From Callorhinchus milii (lineage: Eukaryota), in assembly GCF_018977255.1 (NCBI RefSeq), contig NW_024704742.1, forward strand, positions 68,884,001 to 68,948,000: 64,000 nt of DNA. Direction: 5' to 3'. This document shows positions 23,600-36,679 of this stretch, one piece after another. The translations under genes and the position numbers were made by a program. How positions within the stretch are numbered: position 1 is the first letter of the stretch; each line of letters opens with the position of its first letter. The notes beneath the pieces are model-generated. The model worked only from the letters and a program-made list of their open reading frames with translations, was not told the DNA's origin and did not search any database.

Positions 23600-23955
23600 G
23601 GAATCCTGTAGTGCACTGGTTAGAGCGCTCATCTCGCAAGTGAGAGGACCAGGGTTTGATTTCTGGCCAGAGCAATACCTTAGGCAAGGTTCCCTTGTCC
23701 ACACGCCTCTGTTTACTTAGCAGTAAGTAGGAAGCTGGTTGTTAGTTGATTGGTGGATCACTTTCCGGGGGTAACAATCCTTTCAAATAAAAAAAGTGTG
23801 GTCATTCAATCCATGTCTGTTTGTGGGACATTGCTGTGCGCAATTGGCTGCCACGTTTTGCCTACAAAATTTAATCAATTCACTTTACAATATATTTTGT
23901 GAAATGCTTTGAGACGTCTCAATGGCGTGATAAGGAGCTATATCAAATGAAAAGC
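23600..23955 (+). mobile_element. Family A SINE, full length, following a Deu-SINE head (23513-23595)
   Basis: Matches family A consensus. Confidence 0.88.
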
Positions 23956-25233
23956 ATAAATTTTGGCAACTTGGAGCTCAGTACAGGAAAACTTTATTCT
24001 TCCTTCCCCGCCCCACCTCCTCTTTCCACCCCCAAAATTTCACCTAGTCTTAGCCAATAAGATAGTTTTCTCAGAAACCATCAGTTTCACAACTTACCTG
24101 AAGGATGGCACCTCCAACAATGCATTGCTGCCCCCCAGCGTTAATTTGTGAGCCTAGACTGTGAGTTCAAAGGCCCACTGTGGGGCTTGAACCCACAACC
24201 TTCTGGCTCAGAGACGAGTGTTCTATCAACTGAGCAAGGCTGACACCTAAATTAAAACTGGAATTCAAGGCTAGTATACAATTCTGCACCACCTTACAAT
24301 TTAAGGGCAAATTTTCCTCATTGGCTATGGTATTTAATAAACTTGAATTTCCTCTGCTGGTATGTGGATCCTCAGTGCCATCACCCGAGTCTTAGCAGTC
24401 AAAAGAAGGAGCTCAACACACCCTCCCATTTTTAACGATGAGAATGGTGGGGTGGGGGGGGCACGGGAGGAGAGGACAGAAGAAGATCTAATACTCTCCA
24501 AGCTTGGTGATGTGGTTCTGCATTGTCAGAGGTGCGGTCTTTTGGGATGAGACGTTACACTGCCTACCTTTTCAGGTGGACTTTAAAGATCCCATGGCAG
24601 AACTCGGAAAGAGAATGGAATTTCTCCCAGTGTCCTGGCCAACAATCTCCACCCCTGCCGCCACCCCCCACCCACCCCAACCCCCCCACCCCCCACCCCA
24701 CCCCCCTGCCCCCCAAAAAATGGGTCACTCACTTTACAATATATCCTGAGGCACTCATGTCCTCTTGATATGAAAAGCACTCTATAAAATGTAAGGATTC
24801 CTATTTACTTCAATTTATCTCTGAACCATAAACCCAGCAGAGTCAATACTTACCAGACAAGATAGCAGTTTATTTCAAGAGTCAGTGACTCGGAGAGCTC
24901 AGTTTATTGTTTTGAACTCAGCAGAGATGTGGGCTTTTATTTAAGTTAAGTTGTTAAATACTGAAATCCAGGAGATGGAAATCAAGTGAGACATGATTAA
25001 ATAATAATAATAATTTATTTATAACAGAGCATATATTCTCATAAAGACTCAAATAGATTGTACATTGTGTATTATTGCTGTAGCTATCCCAAGTGATTAC
25101 AATGTGTAAAATAAGGAACTAAAGAAGATGAGGAAATATATCGATCTACAAATTGAATGCAGACATCAATGACAATGTAAAACAAACATAGTTCCTATAA
25201 TCATCGGTGCAACTGGGACTGTTAATAAGACTA

Positions 25234-25300
25234 CAACAACAACAAAACTAAATTTGTATAGCGCCTTTCACGTCAGGAGGACGTCCCAAGGTGCTGACTA
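25234..25300 (-). mobile_element. Minimal L2 tail insertion with GACTA target duplication
   Basis: GACTA at 25229-25233 and 25296-25300; contains only the stem-loop and (AAC)n. Confidence 0.85.
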
Positions 25301-25393
25301 TTCAAAAATGGTTTGACCACATATCAGCTCAACAAAATATCAACCTCCTGCAAAAGATAACTATTTTAGGAAATTCAAATATATCAAGATTAG

Positions 25394-25755
25394 TAACAAC
25401 AACAAAATTACATTTATAAAGAGCCTTTCACGTCGGGAGGACGTCCCAAAGCGCTGAACAGTCAAGAGTTGAGGCCCGAGCATGGGGGAGGGGTGGTGAA
25501 GGGGTGAGGGAAGACAGAGAGGTGGGAGGGTGACCGAAGTCAAGATCGAAGAGAAGAGTCTTGAAGGAGGCAAGAGAGGAAGCGAGGCGAAGGGACCGTG
25601 GGATGGAGTTCCAGAGTTGGGGGCAGAGAGGCTGAAAGCCCGGCCACCGATGGTAGGGCGGGTCGGGTGGGAGACATGGAGTAGGCTGGAGCCCGCTGAA
25701 TGGAGAGAGCGGGCAGGTTGGTAGTGACTCAGCAGGTCAGAGAGGTAGGAGGGGC
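25394..25755 (-). mobile_element. 5'-truncated L2
   Basis: [20 protein letters not shown]; stem-loop tail. Confidence 0.92.
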
Positions 25756-26004
25756 ATCCATTAATATGTAACATGGCAGTATATTTGGTCTGGCTGACCA
25801 TCACTGAAAGTCATCTAGAAATTACCTCTACAGAGCGATTTAAACTGTAATAACATTATAATAATTAAATAACAATCCTTACATATGATAACACGCTTTT
25901 CAGGTCAGGAAGACATCTCAAAGCACTTGTAGTGACTGTCTATTTTGTAAGCAACACAGCAGACAATTTGTGCATAGCAACATCCCACAAATACCCTGCC
26001 TCTC

Positions 26005-26247
26005 TCGTGCCCTAACGCACACTGTGGGGTCTCCAATTCTTGGTTCTTGCCAACCTGTGGGTAATATTCTCTGGAATTGGGTAAGCATGGTGCATCGCTC
26101 CAGGCTGAGCGAGAGAGAGACCATTCCATTCCAGATTCAGGGAAACTTCCATGGGTTGATGACATACATATTTGCAATTCCTTGCTTGGTTTGGAGACTC
26201 TTAAAGCATGGTGATGAGTTTCTGCATGTGTCAGACACCCGGATGTT
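26005..26247 (+). mobile_element. Family B retroposon 3' end
   Basis: Ends GCATGGTGATGAGTTTCTGCATGTGTCAGACACCCGG. Confidence 0.75.
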
Positions 26248-27314
26248 AAAAATGAAGAAATGGAAGCGCACGCTCCAAGCAGAGACAGAGAAAGAGAGAG
26301 AGAAATGCATGGTTAGTGAAGCAGAGAGGGAAAGAAAGAGAGTGAGAGAGACACACAGACACATAGGAAGACCTGATATCTGTACTGTATTCATATCGTT
26401 AATGAGGTCAGTCCCATTAATGTGGATATCAGTCTCTCTTGTATTCATTGCTGCATCCATCTTCCAATCCTTCCCCCCTTCCCCCCACCCTCACCCGCAC
26501 CCCATTAAAACAACAACAATTTATGCATTTATAAAGCGCCCTTCTTGTGGGGCCGCATCTCGGTGCATTTAACAGTGGCAGAGTCTAACACTGAGTCAAG
26601 GGGAGAGAGGAGGTGAGCGTAAACACGGTCGAAGAGGATGGTCTTCAGTCGTGATCTAAAAAACCCTCCATATCATTGGTTCAAGCACAGACAGCCTCAG
26701 TAATGGTCTGCTCACTCCTCAGTCAATGGAATCAGCATTCGCTCCTTGCGTATAAAGCAATCACTGCTGTGGGTAATACAGGAGCTGATTCCACTGACTC
26801 TGAGTTTATGGTGCAGAAATACGGAAAGTGCGGGGAAAGTGGTGGTGGAGGGAGGTGGGGAGAGGGGGAGGGTGGGGAGGGAATAGGGACTGGTGAGAAT
26901 GAAAGCACCAAGAGAAGGTGACATTATTAGTGATATACGAGAGCACATCTTGTATATAAATTTGAAATTACTCCTTAACGGCCATGCCTAGATGTGTTCT
27001 CGGTATGCTGTTGGAGCTGTAAAATGACACACTGTAAGAAACTTGCACTAAGATAGAAGCTATAAATAATGTGCCTGGTGATTTATCTGTGGCGCCTGTA
27101 TATCACTGTAAATAATGGGTTGCGTCTCAGGTGCACTGGAGACTGAGAGCATCAATCCCAGTTTTAGCATTTTCTGTACGTAAGGCAAAATACGTTGTTT
27201 TTCTCAAGGAACTAAACAACAACAACTTGCATTTATATAGCACCCTCCACCATCTGTGGGTTCAGAAAGTCCAAAACATTGCTGGCTTTGGGCCATTGAG
27301 TTAACTTTCTGTCT

Positions 27315-28110
27315 CGCTCCCCGTTTATCTAATTCCAGAGAATATTAAGCGCAGATTAGCAAGAGCCAAGCCTTGGGGAATTCACTTTGTGTGTGGGAGT
27401 CTAACCTACTAAAACCATATAGATTGTCAGGCATTTACTGTCAAGCTTCCCACTGCTTGTCCAACTAGGACCACAGTTCTATTGGGGTTTTCGCTTTCAG
27501 GGTTACAAGGAGTTGAGTGGGAAGAATCCTTGCCCTCAGTGTCGTCGAGTCTTGTCAATAATAATAATAATCCTTGCATTTGATATAGCGTCTTATCACA
27601 TCATCGAGATGTCTCAAAGCGCTTCACAGAATATGCTGAAAAGTGGATTAACTGTATTTTATGGGCAAAATGCAGCAGCCAATTGTGCACAGTAATGTTC
27701 CACAAACAGCCATGGAATGAGTGACCAAATTTATTTGGGGAATTTGCCACCACCTCCCTTAATCAAGCGGGATCTTTAATGTCCACCTGAACAGGCAGAC
27801 AGGACCTGGGTTTAACGTCTCATCCGAAGATGAGCCAGGCTGGGCATATCTGTCATCAGCAGTACTCTGGAGTACGTGTGATCCCACCTGGCTCAGGACC
27901 GCTGAGTATCGAGAGAGAGTTCATCACGGAGGAGTGACCCTATTTGCACGTTCCGTTGCCATGCACATCACCTCGGAGACAGCTTGAGTCCAAGGAGCCC
28001 CGGTTACCTCTCTCTCAAGGAGGAACCGTGTCTTGACAGACTGAGGACCTGCCTGCCTGAGCATTGAGTTGATTCAGACATTCCATTGCCAGGCAGGGGA
28101 GAGGAGGCAG
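27315..28110 (-). mobile_element. Family B retroposon, longest 5' extension, interrupted by SINE pieces (27557-27828)
   Basis: 27315-27556 and 27829-27900 collinear with 59345-59710; 27900-28110 is a presumed further 5' sequence seen once. Confidence 0.6.
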
Positions 28111-28129
28111 CAATCAATATATTAGAACA

Positions 28130-28600
28130 ACAAATAACAACAACCGATTACATTTGTATAGCGACTTTCACATCAGGGGGACGTCCCAAGAGCTGGACAG
28201 TCAAGGATGTTCACCTGAACTGGAGATTGGGATTAGGAGGAGTGGAGGGCATGGAGGGTTGGGATTAGGAAAGTGACCAAAAGCATAGTCAAAGGTGAAG
28301 GTCTTGGGATGGGCCTTGAAGGAGGCAAGCTGAGGGAACAAGATGAAGGGACTAAGGGATGGAGCTCCAAAGAGTGAGGGCAGAAAGGCTGAAGGCCTGA
28401 TCGCTGATGGTGGGACGAGCAGGGTGGCACCTGGAGCAGATCAGCGTGTGGAGGGAGCGGACAGGCCGGTATGGAGTTAGAGGTCATAGAGGTAGGGAGT
28501 AGTCGTGGAATGCTTTAAAAGCAAGGACGAGGATTTTGAACTCGATCCTCTGGGGGATGGGGAGCCAGTTGAACCTGGCTAGGATGGAGGTGATGGCTAG
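28130..28600 (-). mobile_element. 5'-truncated L2
   Basis: [22 protein letters not shown] on - strand; tail at 28130. Confidence 0.88.
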
Positions 28601-29164
28601 GATTACGGCACTGACTGGTTGCCTTTATCAACTACTTGTTACATAATATCAATGTTGGCTGATATCGGTGTTAACCAGCACATCACAATATTTTCCCCAG
28701 CGTACCATAGAGAAATGAGATTAGAACATAAGCAAGAATTTGCAATTTGATAGAGCACTTTATCAGGGTGAGACATCTTAAAGCACTTTACAGTGCTTAC
28801 TTTTAAGTGTAATTACTTTTTCTAGGCAAACGCGCACTGCAGAAATGCCACACAAACAATGTAAATGAACTATTAATCTGCATGATTGTCGGCCAGAGAA
28901 TCAACAGAAATTCTCTTCTCTTTTCAAATAGTTTCACAGGATCTTCAGGTTCAGGCAGGCTGAGTTGGTAACACTCTGAGAACATTCTGAGTCAGAAGAA
29001 CATGGGTTTAGCCCCACTTCAGGACTTCAGGCTCATTAATGATGCTCCAATGCAGTGCTGAGGGTGTGATGCCTTGTTGGAGATGCTGTCCTTCGGAGGA
29101 GACATTACATAAAGTTCCATCTGTTGAGGAGGGAGGGAAGAGAGGGGAAGGGGCGAGAAGGTTT

Positions 29165-29535
29165 TTTTTGTTTGATGCATGCAGAAACCCAGAGTATCCA
29201 AAGTAAACTGAGATTTCCATGCATCCCACCTACACATGGAAATGCCAGAGAAAGATTGTTGGAATGGAATGCGCTCTCTCCCTGGAGGGACACATCCTGA
29301 TGACCTAATTCCGGAAACTATCAAGTGCAGGCTGGCAAGAGCCAACGCTTCGGGAACCCAGAGTGTGTGTTGGGAACTGCACATGTCTAACTAGCTAAAA
29401 CCTAATAGATTTCCATTGGTATCACTATCTAGCAAGTTTTCTTCCTACTTGTCGAGCTAGAACCACCCTATCTGTTAGGGTTTTGGCTTGCAGGGATAAC
29501 AGGAGCTGAGTGCAAGGATTCTTTGCCTCCTGGGT
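29165..29535 (-). mobile_element. Family B retroposon 3' ~370 bp
   Basis: Collinear with other copies; A-rich 3' flank on - strand. Confidence 0.75.
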
Positions 29536-29624
29536 AGTGTGGAGAGGGGAGGGGAGGGGGAGAATTGAACAACTGTGGGTTTCGACTCAGATTGTTATGA
29601 AGTGTAGAGAAGGATTTACCAACA

Positions 29625-29697
29625 CCTCCGAATGGTTCACCGTTGGTGTTACGGGAGGCGGTTGCTGTGGTTACAGCAACACCCGGCGATGGTGAGA
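29625..29697 (+). promoter_or_regulatory. CpG-rich element with MYB-like site, RFX X-box-like motif and ATG|GTGAGA donor
   Basis: CCGTTG 29640-29645; GTTGCTGTGGTTAC 29661-29674 overlapping GTTACAGCAAC; ATG 29689-29691 followed by GTGAGA. Confidence 0.35.
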
Positions 29698-30839
29698 ACA
29701 AATATACAGCTGCTTATCTATTTGCTAACCAAGGAGCTGTAGTCAGGCTGTCAGCTTATTTCATCACAAGTTCCCTGTGAGGGAGTTTGCATCAGGAACC
29801 AGAGGGGTTTTTTTTGGATGAGAGGCTCCAGCACTGAATGGTTGGTGAGACAGTGAATAGAGAGCATCAAGTTCCGGGTGAGCTCCAACTTCCTTCAGTT
29901 GATCGTCGACAAGATGGAAGCTCTCCTACTTGGCTCCCATCAGCACCTTCTCAGTTCAAGCATCAACCCCATTGATTTGCGTGGATGCTCATTCCACCTT
30001 ACGGAGCTGGTACGGAACCTTGGCGTCTTGTATAGCCTCCAGCTACCTTTTAGCCCCTATATAATGATATAGCACCTTATCATGTCATTGAAACGACTCA
30101 GCAGCCAATTGCGCACAGCAGTGTCGTAGATTGAATGACCATATTTTTGGGTGGAGGAGTTAGATTCCCGGTCGGAGCAAAAGTTTCCTTACTCCACACA
30201 CCTCTGTTTACCATACAGTAAGTAGGAACCCAGTTGTTAGTCAATCGACGGAGATAATAATCCCTCCAAAAGAAAAATCTATGAATTTTTGAGGGACATT
30301 ACAGTGCATAATTGGCTGCCGAATTTTATCCACAAAATAGTATAATCTGTGTCTGTGAAGTGCTTTGAGACATATGAATGACGTGATAAGGTGTTATATC
30401 AAATGCGATGAATATTATTATTGTTATTATAATAATAATTCTGTCTGTGGGACAACGTTGATCCACTGCCACGTTTACTGTGTAAAGCAAGTGTGAAACT
30501 GATGCACATCACACTGACACAGAAAGGAAATCACTTGATCTTTACTCACATAAGAGTGTTTTAACATTAATAGCACCTTCAGCCGAAGACAATTGTAGAG
30601 GCGCAGCATGAATGCAGATGGGTTTGATGCATAATGCATTCCATGCTGGGAAACTGGAAAACAGCCTTGCTTGGCATTTAAAAAGATATATTGACATTTC
30701 ATCTAATTTTCACTTTATTCCATCCGTGTTTATTTTATAAATTGATTCCAATACCAGCAGCTGGGCCCAAATGAATTGATTACCGATTTTTAAGTCAGGG
30801 AAATAATATATCTTACAGCAGTCTTACCGCCTGCAGTGA

Positions 30840-30990
30840 GGGGTGGTGGTGTGGGGGTGGTGATGGGGTGTTGGTGATGGGGGTGGTGGTGATGGGGGTG
30901 TGGTGATGGGGGGATGGTGATGGGGGGGGTGGTGATGGGGTGGTGGTGATGGGGGGATGGTGATGGGGGGATGGTGATGGGGTGTGGGGA
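30840..30990. repeat. G-rich (GGTGATGGGG)-like tandem repeat, G-quadruplex-prone
   Basis: Direct reading. Confidence 0.9.
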
Positions 30991-31054
30991 TTGGGCGTCA
31001 AGATTCCTGCAAAATGTCGGCGGGTTCACTTGTTCATTTCTTCACCATTTCAAC

Positions 31055-31955
31055 TAACAATGCAAACAGGATGCAGTCAAAGCAAAGTGAGCTGTATTGC
31101 TAAATCAGTTGAATTCAGATCCCCAGACATTATACTCATTTGGTAATGCAATGCAACATGCAGTGCTCTAGTCCGGTCACACCTAGAGTCCTGCATACAG
31201 TTCTGGTTGTCATGACTTAAAGGGGCTATCCAAACCCTTGAGGCATTGCAGAGGATGATGGCAATACATTATAATCCTTGCATTTGATAGAATTCATTGC
31301 CTGAAAGGGTGGTGGAAGACGATTCGATAACAACTTTTAAGAGAGAAGTAGATAATTATTTGGGGAGGACAAGTTTGCAGGGCTATGGGAAGAAAGCGGG
31401 GGAATGGGGTTGATTTGGGTAGCTCTTTTCAAAGGGCCTCCTTCTATGCTGTATAATTCTATGATTTTATGATTCTAATGATTTAGCGCCTTTCATATCA
31501 GGAACACGTCTCAAAAGAGCTTCACAAGACATACTGTCAAGTATGGTGACTGTTTATTTTGTAGGCAAATGATCCCCAGAGAAATAAGCTATGAACAACA
31601 TTTAGACAAGCTAGGGGCTCTTCAGTCTTGAGAGAAGACATCTCAGAGAGTACGTTATAGAAGAGTATATATTTAAAAGGGATTGAAAGAGTAAAACCCA
31701 GAACATTCCTTTAGGATGCACCGAATCAGTAGAACAAGGAGACACAGGTTTAGAAATGCAAAGGGGCAATTTCAGGACAGACACCAGAAATTTCTTTCTT
31801 TACCCAGAAGGTAATTAACAACTAAACTGTTTGCCAGGGAATGTGATTGAGGCCAGAACACTGGGACTCGTTTAAAAAACAGCTTGATGCTTTTATGGGA
31901 AAATAGCAGTGTGGGTGTTCTGGCAGAGTGAGATCAGATGGGCCAAACAGCCAAA
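31055..31955 (+). mobile_element. Old CR1 fragments interleaved with SINE and other CR1 pieces
   Basis: ALVRSHLESCIQFW, LDKLGLFSLERR, TQKVINN; CR1 tail at ~31470. Confidence 0.75.
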
Positions 31956-33751
31956 CTAATTTTGTGATCTTTTGATTATCAGAAGTTCGAGGAAAAAGCA
32001 GGGAATTGGGCTTAGAATTGGGATGAACAGCTTCATTAGAGAAGCAAACAACAACGGGTTGAATGAATTCTTGCTGTATTGCAAATTTTTTAAGTTTCTG
32101 TAAAAAGGCCAAATAAGAACAATAATAAACCTTACATTTGATACAACGTTTTTCATATTGGAAGGACGTCTCAAAGCGCTTCATAGGATTTACTGTAAAG
32201 TGTAGTAACTGCATGTTTTGTGGGTGAACACTGCAGCCAAGTTGTGCACAGTGCCAGGAGATCTTTAAAGTCCACCTGAACAGGCCAACGGATCCTCTGT
32301 TTAACATGTCGCCTTGAGAAGTCCTTCCGACGTGAAGGGCACTAAATAAATATAATTTGCTTTCGTTGTTCTTGTCTCACCCGATGGACAGCACCTCCAA
32401 CAATGCAACGCACCTTCAAGACCACACTGGAGTGTCAGCCTAGATTATAGAAGTTCCAAGTCTCAACCTGTGGGAGAATTGAAACCACAACCATCCAACT
32501 CAGCGTTGAGAGTGCTCCCGACTGAGCAACACTAACACACAAATGACACTGATCTCCTCTTCTTCCATCTCTTTCACCCACCAAATAATTGATCTCTGGA
32601 TCCAAGGGCACAGCACTACCTCCAGGCTTCCTTCTATTATTTATTGATGTCGATGCTTGCTTTGAACAAGCCACTTTCTGATCGCATGCATTTGTCAATG
32701 AGACACTGGTCTGACGATTGCTGAAGGGCGCGTCATTAAAATGCAATAATATGAAAAATATTTTTTAATATACATCGCCATTACAAATGTGGTGAAAGAA
32801 AGGAAAAAAGCATTAAACATTAAAATCCAGATATTAACACTTGGAAAAAAATATTAATTTGGGTGGGAGGGGTCTTGCCAATATGTTTACTTTTAGGAAC
32901 AACAACGACAATAATTTGTGTTTATGTGGCACGCGATAGTGTCTCGAAGCAAAACATGCAGAGAATTGTTGGGTTAAAAGCAGTAAAATGACTACAGGTA
33001 TGGCACTTTTTTGAACAGAATTCTTTGACCGTACTTTCAGTCATCTTTTCCCTCCGACCCCCCACCACTCCCAGCTCCTACCCCCAGCTCTGATGACAAG
33101 GCATGATTGTTTTGTCACGTGGGATGTCCTCCCAATGTGGAAGGACATATATAGATGTATATCTGCATTATACTGTATTGCAAAAAGGCCTTATGTTTGA
33201 TCCAGTGCTGATATGTTCAAACTTTCCAAAGCTAATTGCCATCAGGTGAAGTGAATGTGCCTGTGCAAGTGACTTCAGCAGCCATTTTGCGCTCTGCAAG
33301 GTTCCGCAGGACAAAACAGGACAGGACACCAGGAGAGATTCCCTTCTCTTTTCGTTTCATGTAACAGGATCTTTTAATGCCCACCTGAACAGGCATAAAC
33401 AGGACCTCAGTTTAATGTCTCTCCCCTGACAAAGCAGGGCTCCCTCCAGCATTGCACTGGAGCATCAGCCTGGACTGTGATCTCAAGTTCCTAAGGTGAG
33501 GTTTGAACCCACGAGAGTGCTACCGACTAAGCCAGGTTGACATCTCGCATTATTGTTACTTCTCTTCAGAAATGGCAAGTAACAGCAGGACAAAGAAAGT
33601 CATTCAGCCCATTTGATCTCTTGGGATGTATCTACTGGACCACAAGAGAACTTTCTTTTATTGATATAAATTTAGTGAATCCAATCTTTTTCTAACTTTC
33701 TCCTCACTAGTTTACACCTCTCTGCTTCTGGTCTGTCCTCCTTTTGTTGAG

Positions 33752-33832
33752 GTGCATTTCCGCAGGCACTGGTTATTCTCTGGTGCCCACCCCGCACCCT
33801 TAGTGGCCATTGTTGATATGTCAGCTTTGACA
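33752..33832 (+). other. Candidate exon (VHFRRHWLFSGAHPAPLVAIVDMSALT), phase 0-0
   Basis: Long pyrimidine tract, open 81 nt, GTAAGT donor. Confidence 0.4.
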
Positions 33833-33916
33833 GTAAGTGCCTTAAAATGGGTTATGTCAAACAGCAGCTGCTTCCCCGCACACCACACACCCTATTAGAA
33901 CAGTCTGAGTTATATT

Positions 33917-34345
33917 GTGTCAACCTGGCTCAGTTGGCAGCACTCTTGCTCTGAGTTAGAAGGTTGTGGGTTCAAGCCCCACATCGGGACTTTGAACTCA
34001 TAGGATTGGCTGACCCTCCAATGCAGTGTTGGGGGTGCAGTGGTGGGTGTGCATTGTCTGAGGTGAAATGTTAAGGCCAGGTCCCGTCTACCTGCTCAGC
34101 TGGACGTTAAAGATTCCATGAAACTGTTCAAAAAGAGAAAGGAGTTTTCCCTGGTATCTTGATCAACAATCACCCAGATAAAATTAGTTATTGACTTCAT
34201 GGCTAATTCGCTGAGCTCAAATTGGCTGCCATGTTTGCCTACAAATCTACAGCTGCAATATTTGACAGCAATTCCTACGAAGAGCTTTGAGACATCTCAA
34301 TGATAGGATAAGGCACTATATGAAATGCAAGTATTATTATTATTA
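33917..34345 (+). mobile_element. Deu-domain SINE, full length
   Basis: TGGCTCAGTTGG A box, GGTTCAAGCCC B box, Deu core, tail. Confidence 0.9.
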
Positions 34346-34381
34346 CCACTGAGCACTGACATTTTGCCCTTTACAATCCAG

Positions 34382-34407
34382 CGACATCCTTTAGCCAATG
34401 CAGGCTG
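34382..34407 (+). other. Candidate micro-exon (RHPLANAG), phase 0-2
   Basis: TTTTGCCCTTTACAATCCAG acceptor, CTG|GTGAGT donor. Confidence 0.35.
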
Positions 34408-34976
34408 GTGAGTAAGACAAGAGAGTGCTGTCCCATTGCATTAGCTGTGTGAGTGGATTTCATTAACATTTAAAGTGTGAACTGACTAATACAGTCTTCA
34501 CTATTCTCAGCGGAAGTTAATTTGAAACTCTCTAGTGAGAGGAACCGTTTTCAAGGAATGATTTAAAGGGAATTCTGAGAAAGGGTATCAGAAGGTACAC
34601 GGGAACAGAGCGAGGAATTAGGATTAGGAATTGGCTTTGTTGGAGGAGAAAACAGCCACTATTATACGGTGTAGACGCCTCCTGCTGTGTTAAAGATTTC
34701 TATGGTTCTAAAAGAAATATATTTGTATCTTGTCCTCAAGGAGTGTGTTCAGGATTAGTTCAAGAGGTTGCAGTGTGTCGAGATTGGTATTTTCGCTATT
34801 GGAATTCACACATAGGAACATATAGGAATTTAGGAACATAGGAACAGGAGTAAGCTATTCAGTCCCTCGAGCCTCTTCCACCTTTCTATAAGATTTTGGC
34901 TGATCTGTACCTCTCCACTCCAATTACCCACCCTTGCCCCATATCCCTCGATACCCTGACCTAACAAATATATATA

Positions 34977-35650
34977 TGAGTCCTGTAGCTTAGTAGTTAG
35001 AGCACTCACCTGGCAAGCAAAAGACTTGGGCTTGATTCCCGGCAGGGCGAAATATTGGGCAAGTTTCCTTACTCCACATGTCCCTGTTTACCTAGCAGTA
35101 AGTAGGAACCCAATTGTGAGACTATCGGTGGATTGCTTTTCCAGGGGTAATAATTCCTTAAAAAAAAGAAGAAATTAGTCACTTCAATCCACGACTGTTT
35201 GTGGAACACTTCTGTGTGCAATTGATTGCCGTTTTTTGCTCACATAAGTCCTGTAGCTCAGTGGTTAGAGCACTCGCTTTGCAAGCGAGAGACCTGAGTT
35301 CAATTCCAGGCAGAGGGCGAAACCTTGGGCAAGTTTCCTTACTCCACACGCGTAATAATAATCCCTCCAAAACCAAAAAACAATAATAAATTGGTCATTT
35401 TCAATTTACGACTGTTTGTGGGACATTGCTGTGCGCAATTGGCTGCCGTTTTCGCCCACAAATATACAGTCAATTCACTTTACAGTGTGTTCTGTGAAGC
35501 GCGTTGGGACGTCCTCCCGATGTGAAAAGCGCTATATCAAATGCAAGGATTACTATTATTATTATAATATACAGTCAATTCACTTCACAGTAAATTCTGT
35601 GAAGCACTTTGAGACGTCTGTGATAAGGCGCTATATCAAGTGCAAGAATT
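34977..35650 (+). mobile_element. Tandem/nested family A SINEs, including a young L2-tail-matched copy (35353-35568)
   Basis: Two heads (34977, 35227; arm CTCGC-TTTGCAA-GCGAG = TGC/Ala anticodon) and two tails. Confidence 0.9.
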
Positions 35651-36452
35651 ATTATTTTGATAACACAAACCCATGCACACATATATACAAACCCATACAC
35701 ACGCGTACACAAATACACCCACACACCTATACACATGCCCAAACAGACCCATACGCACACTCATACACCCCCCTACACAAACTCAGACACACCACTACAT
35801 ATACCTCTATATCTCATACAATTGCCCATACACATGCATACACACAGTCATTCCCACCCATACACATGCCCATACACACACATAAACAAACACATACATA
35901 CTTATGCACTTGCCCAGATGGGACCACCATACCAGTTAGGGCTTTGGTTTGCAGTATTAACAGGAGCCAAGTGTGAAGAATCACAGCCCCTATAGGGAGG
36001 CAAGGTGAGAGTGTGATCGCGAGGCACTTCTCCTTCGCTCCTCAGTCCTGACACGGAGATATATGAAAGGATGTAATCCTCATTGAACTAAATTAACAAG
36101 TTGAAAAATGAGGAACCTTGACCCACTTTTTTAATTGGAGCTGAAACAGCACCCTATAACTCACAATGTTAATGGCCTCCCATTAGGGCAGGTTGATAGT
36201 ACACCTCCCGTTCGCTTTTCCAGAGCCCCAAGAAGGCTATTGAGCCCAATTAGTGAGGCTTATCATAGCATAAAAGAGATTAAAGCAAACACTTTTGTGT
36301 CACTTGTTACCAATTTATCCTTGTAAAGTTAGGTGCTGGTTGTAACAGTTCTCTCTGTGCAAGTATTGCAGTTGGTCGTAATCTGTCTCTGTTGGTGCCC
36401 ATGCTTCCTCCCCCACCCCACCTCAGCACCTCACTGGAGCATCAGTCTAGAC

Positions 36453-36679
36453 CAGGGTGTTCTAACTGGCAGCCCGTGGGCCACAACCGGCCCGGGGATG
36501 ATTTAATCCGTCCCCCACACCATTTCCAACTTCATTGTCTGACGAGCAAATACAGGCGACACACAGGCCCCGAGCCAACCAGGGGACGGTCACCAGGGGC
36601 TCAGGCCCTGCCTGGCAACGTGACTGGCCAATCAGGATAAAATATTGCTAATGCGACCCACGGATGCTTCTCCAATATG
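36453..36679. mobile_element. hAT/Charlie (MER58-like) non-autonomous element inside a Deu-SINE
   Basis: Left end CAGGGTGTTCTAACTGGCAGCCCGTGGGCCACAACCGGCCC; 8-bp flanks GTCTAGAC / GCCTGGAC; right TIR degraded. Confidence 0.6.

Larger units (their letters stand above)
25065..25875 (+). mobile_element. Fossil R4/Dong/Rex6-type non-LTR retrotransposon 3' end (restriction-like endonuclease), interrupted twice by L2
   Basis: From 25071: IIAVAIPSDYNV*NKELKKMRKYIDLQIECRHQ*QCKTNIVPIIIGATGTVNKT/IQKWFDHISAQQNINLLQKITILGNSNI; frame restored after removing 25234-25300. Confidence 0.8.

Noticed and set aside
27830..27870. Hammerhead ribozyme in family B (CTGATGA on the sense strand)
   Set aside because: No GAAA at the end of a stem II and no cleavage triplet context.
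35227..35300. tRNA-Ala(TGC) gene-like sequence (also at other SINE heads)
   Set aside because: Always continues into the SINE body and lacks a proper acceptor stem; it is a SINE head, not a tRNA gene.
35416..35995. His/Thr-rich ORFs up to 186 aa
   Set aside because: SINE tails plus CA-rich low-complexity sequence.
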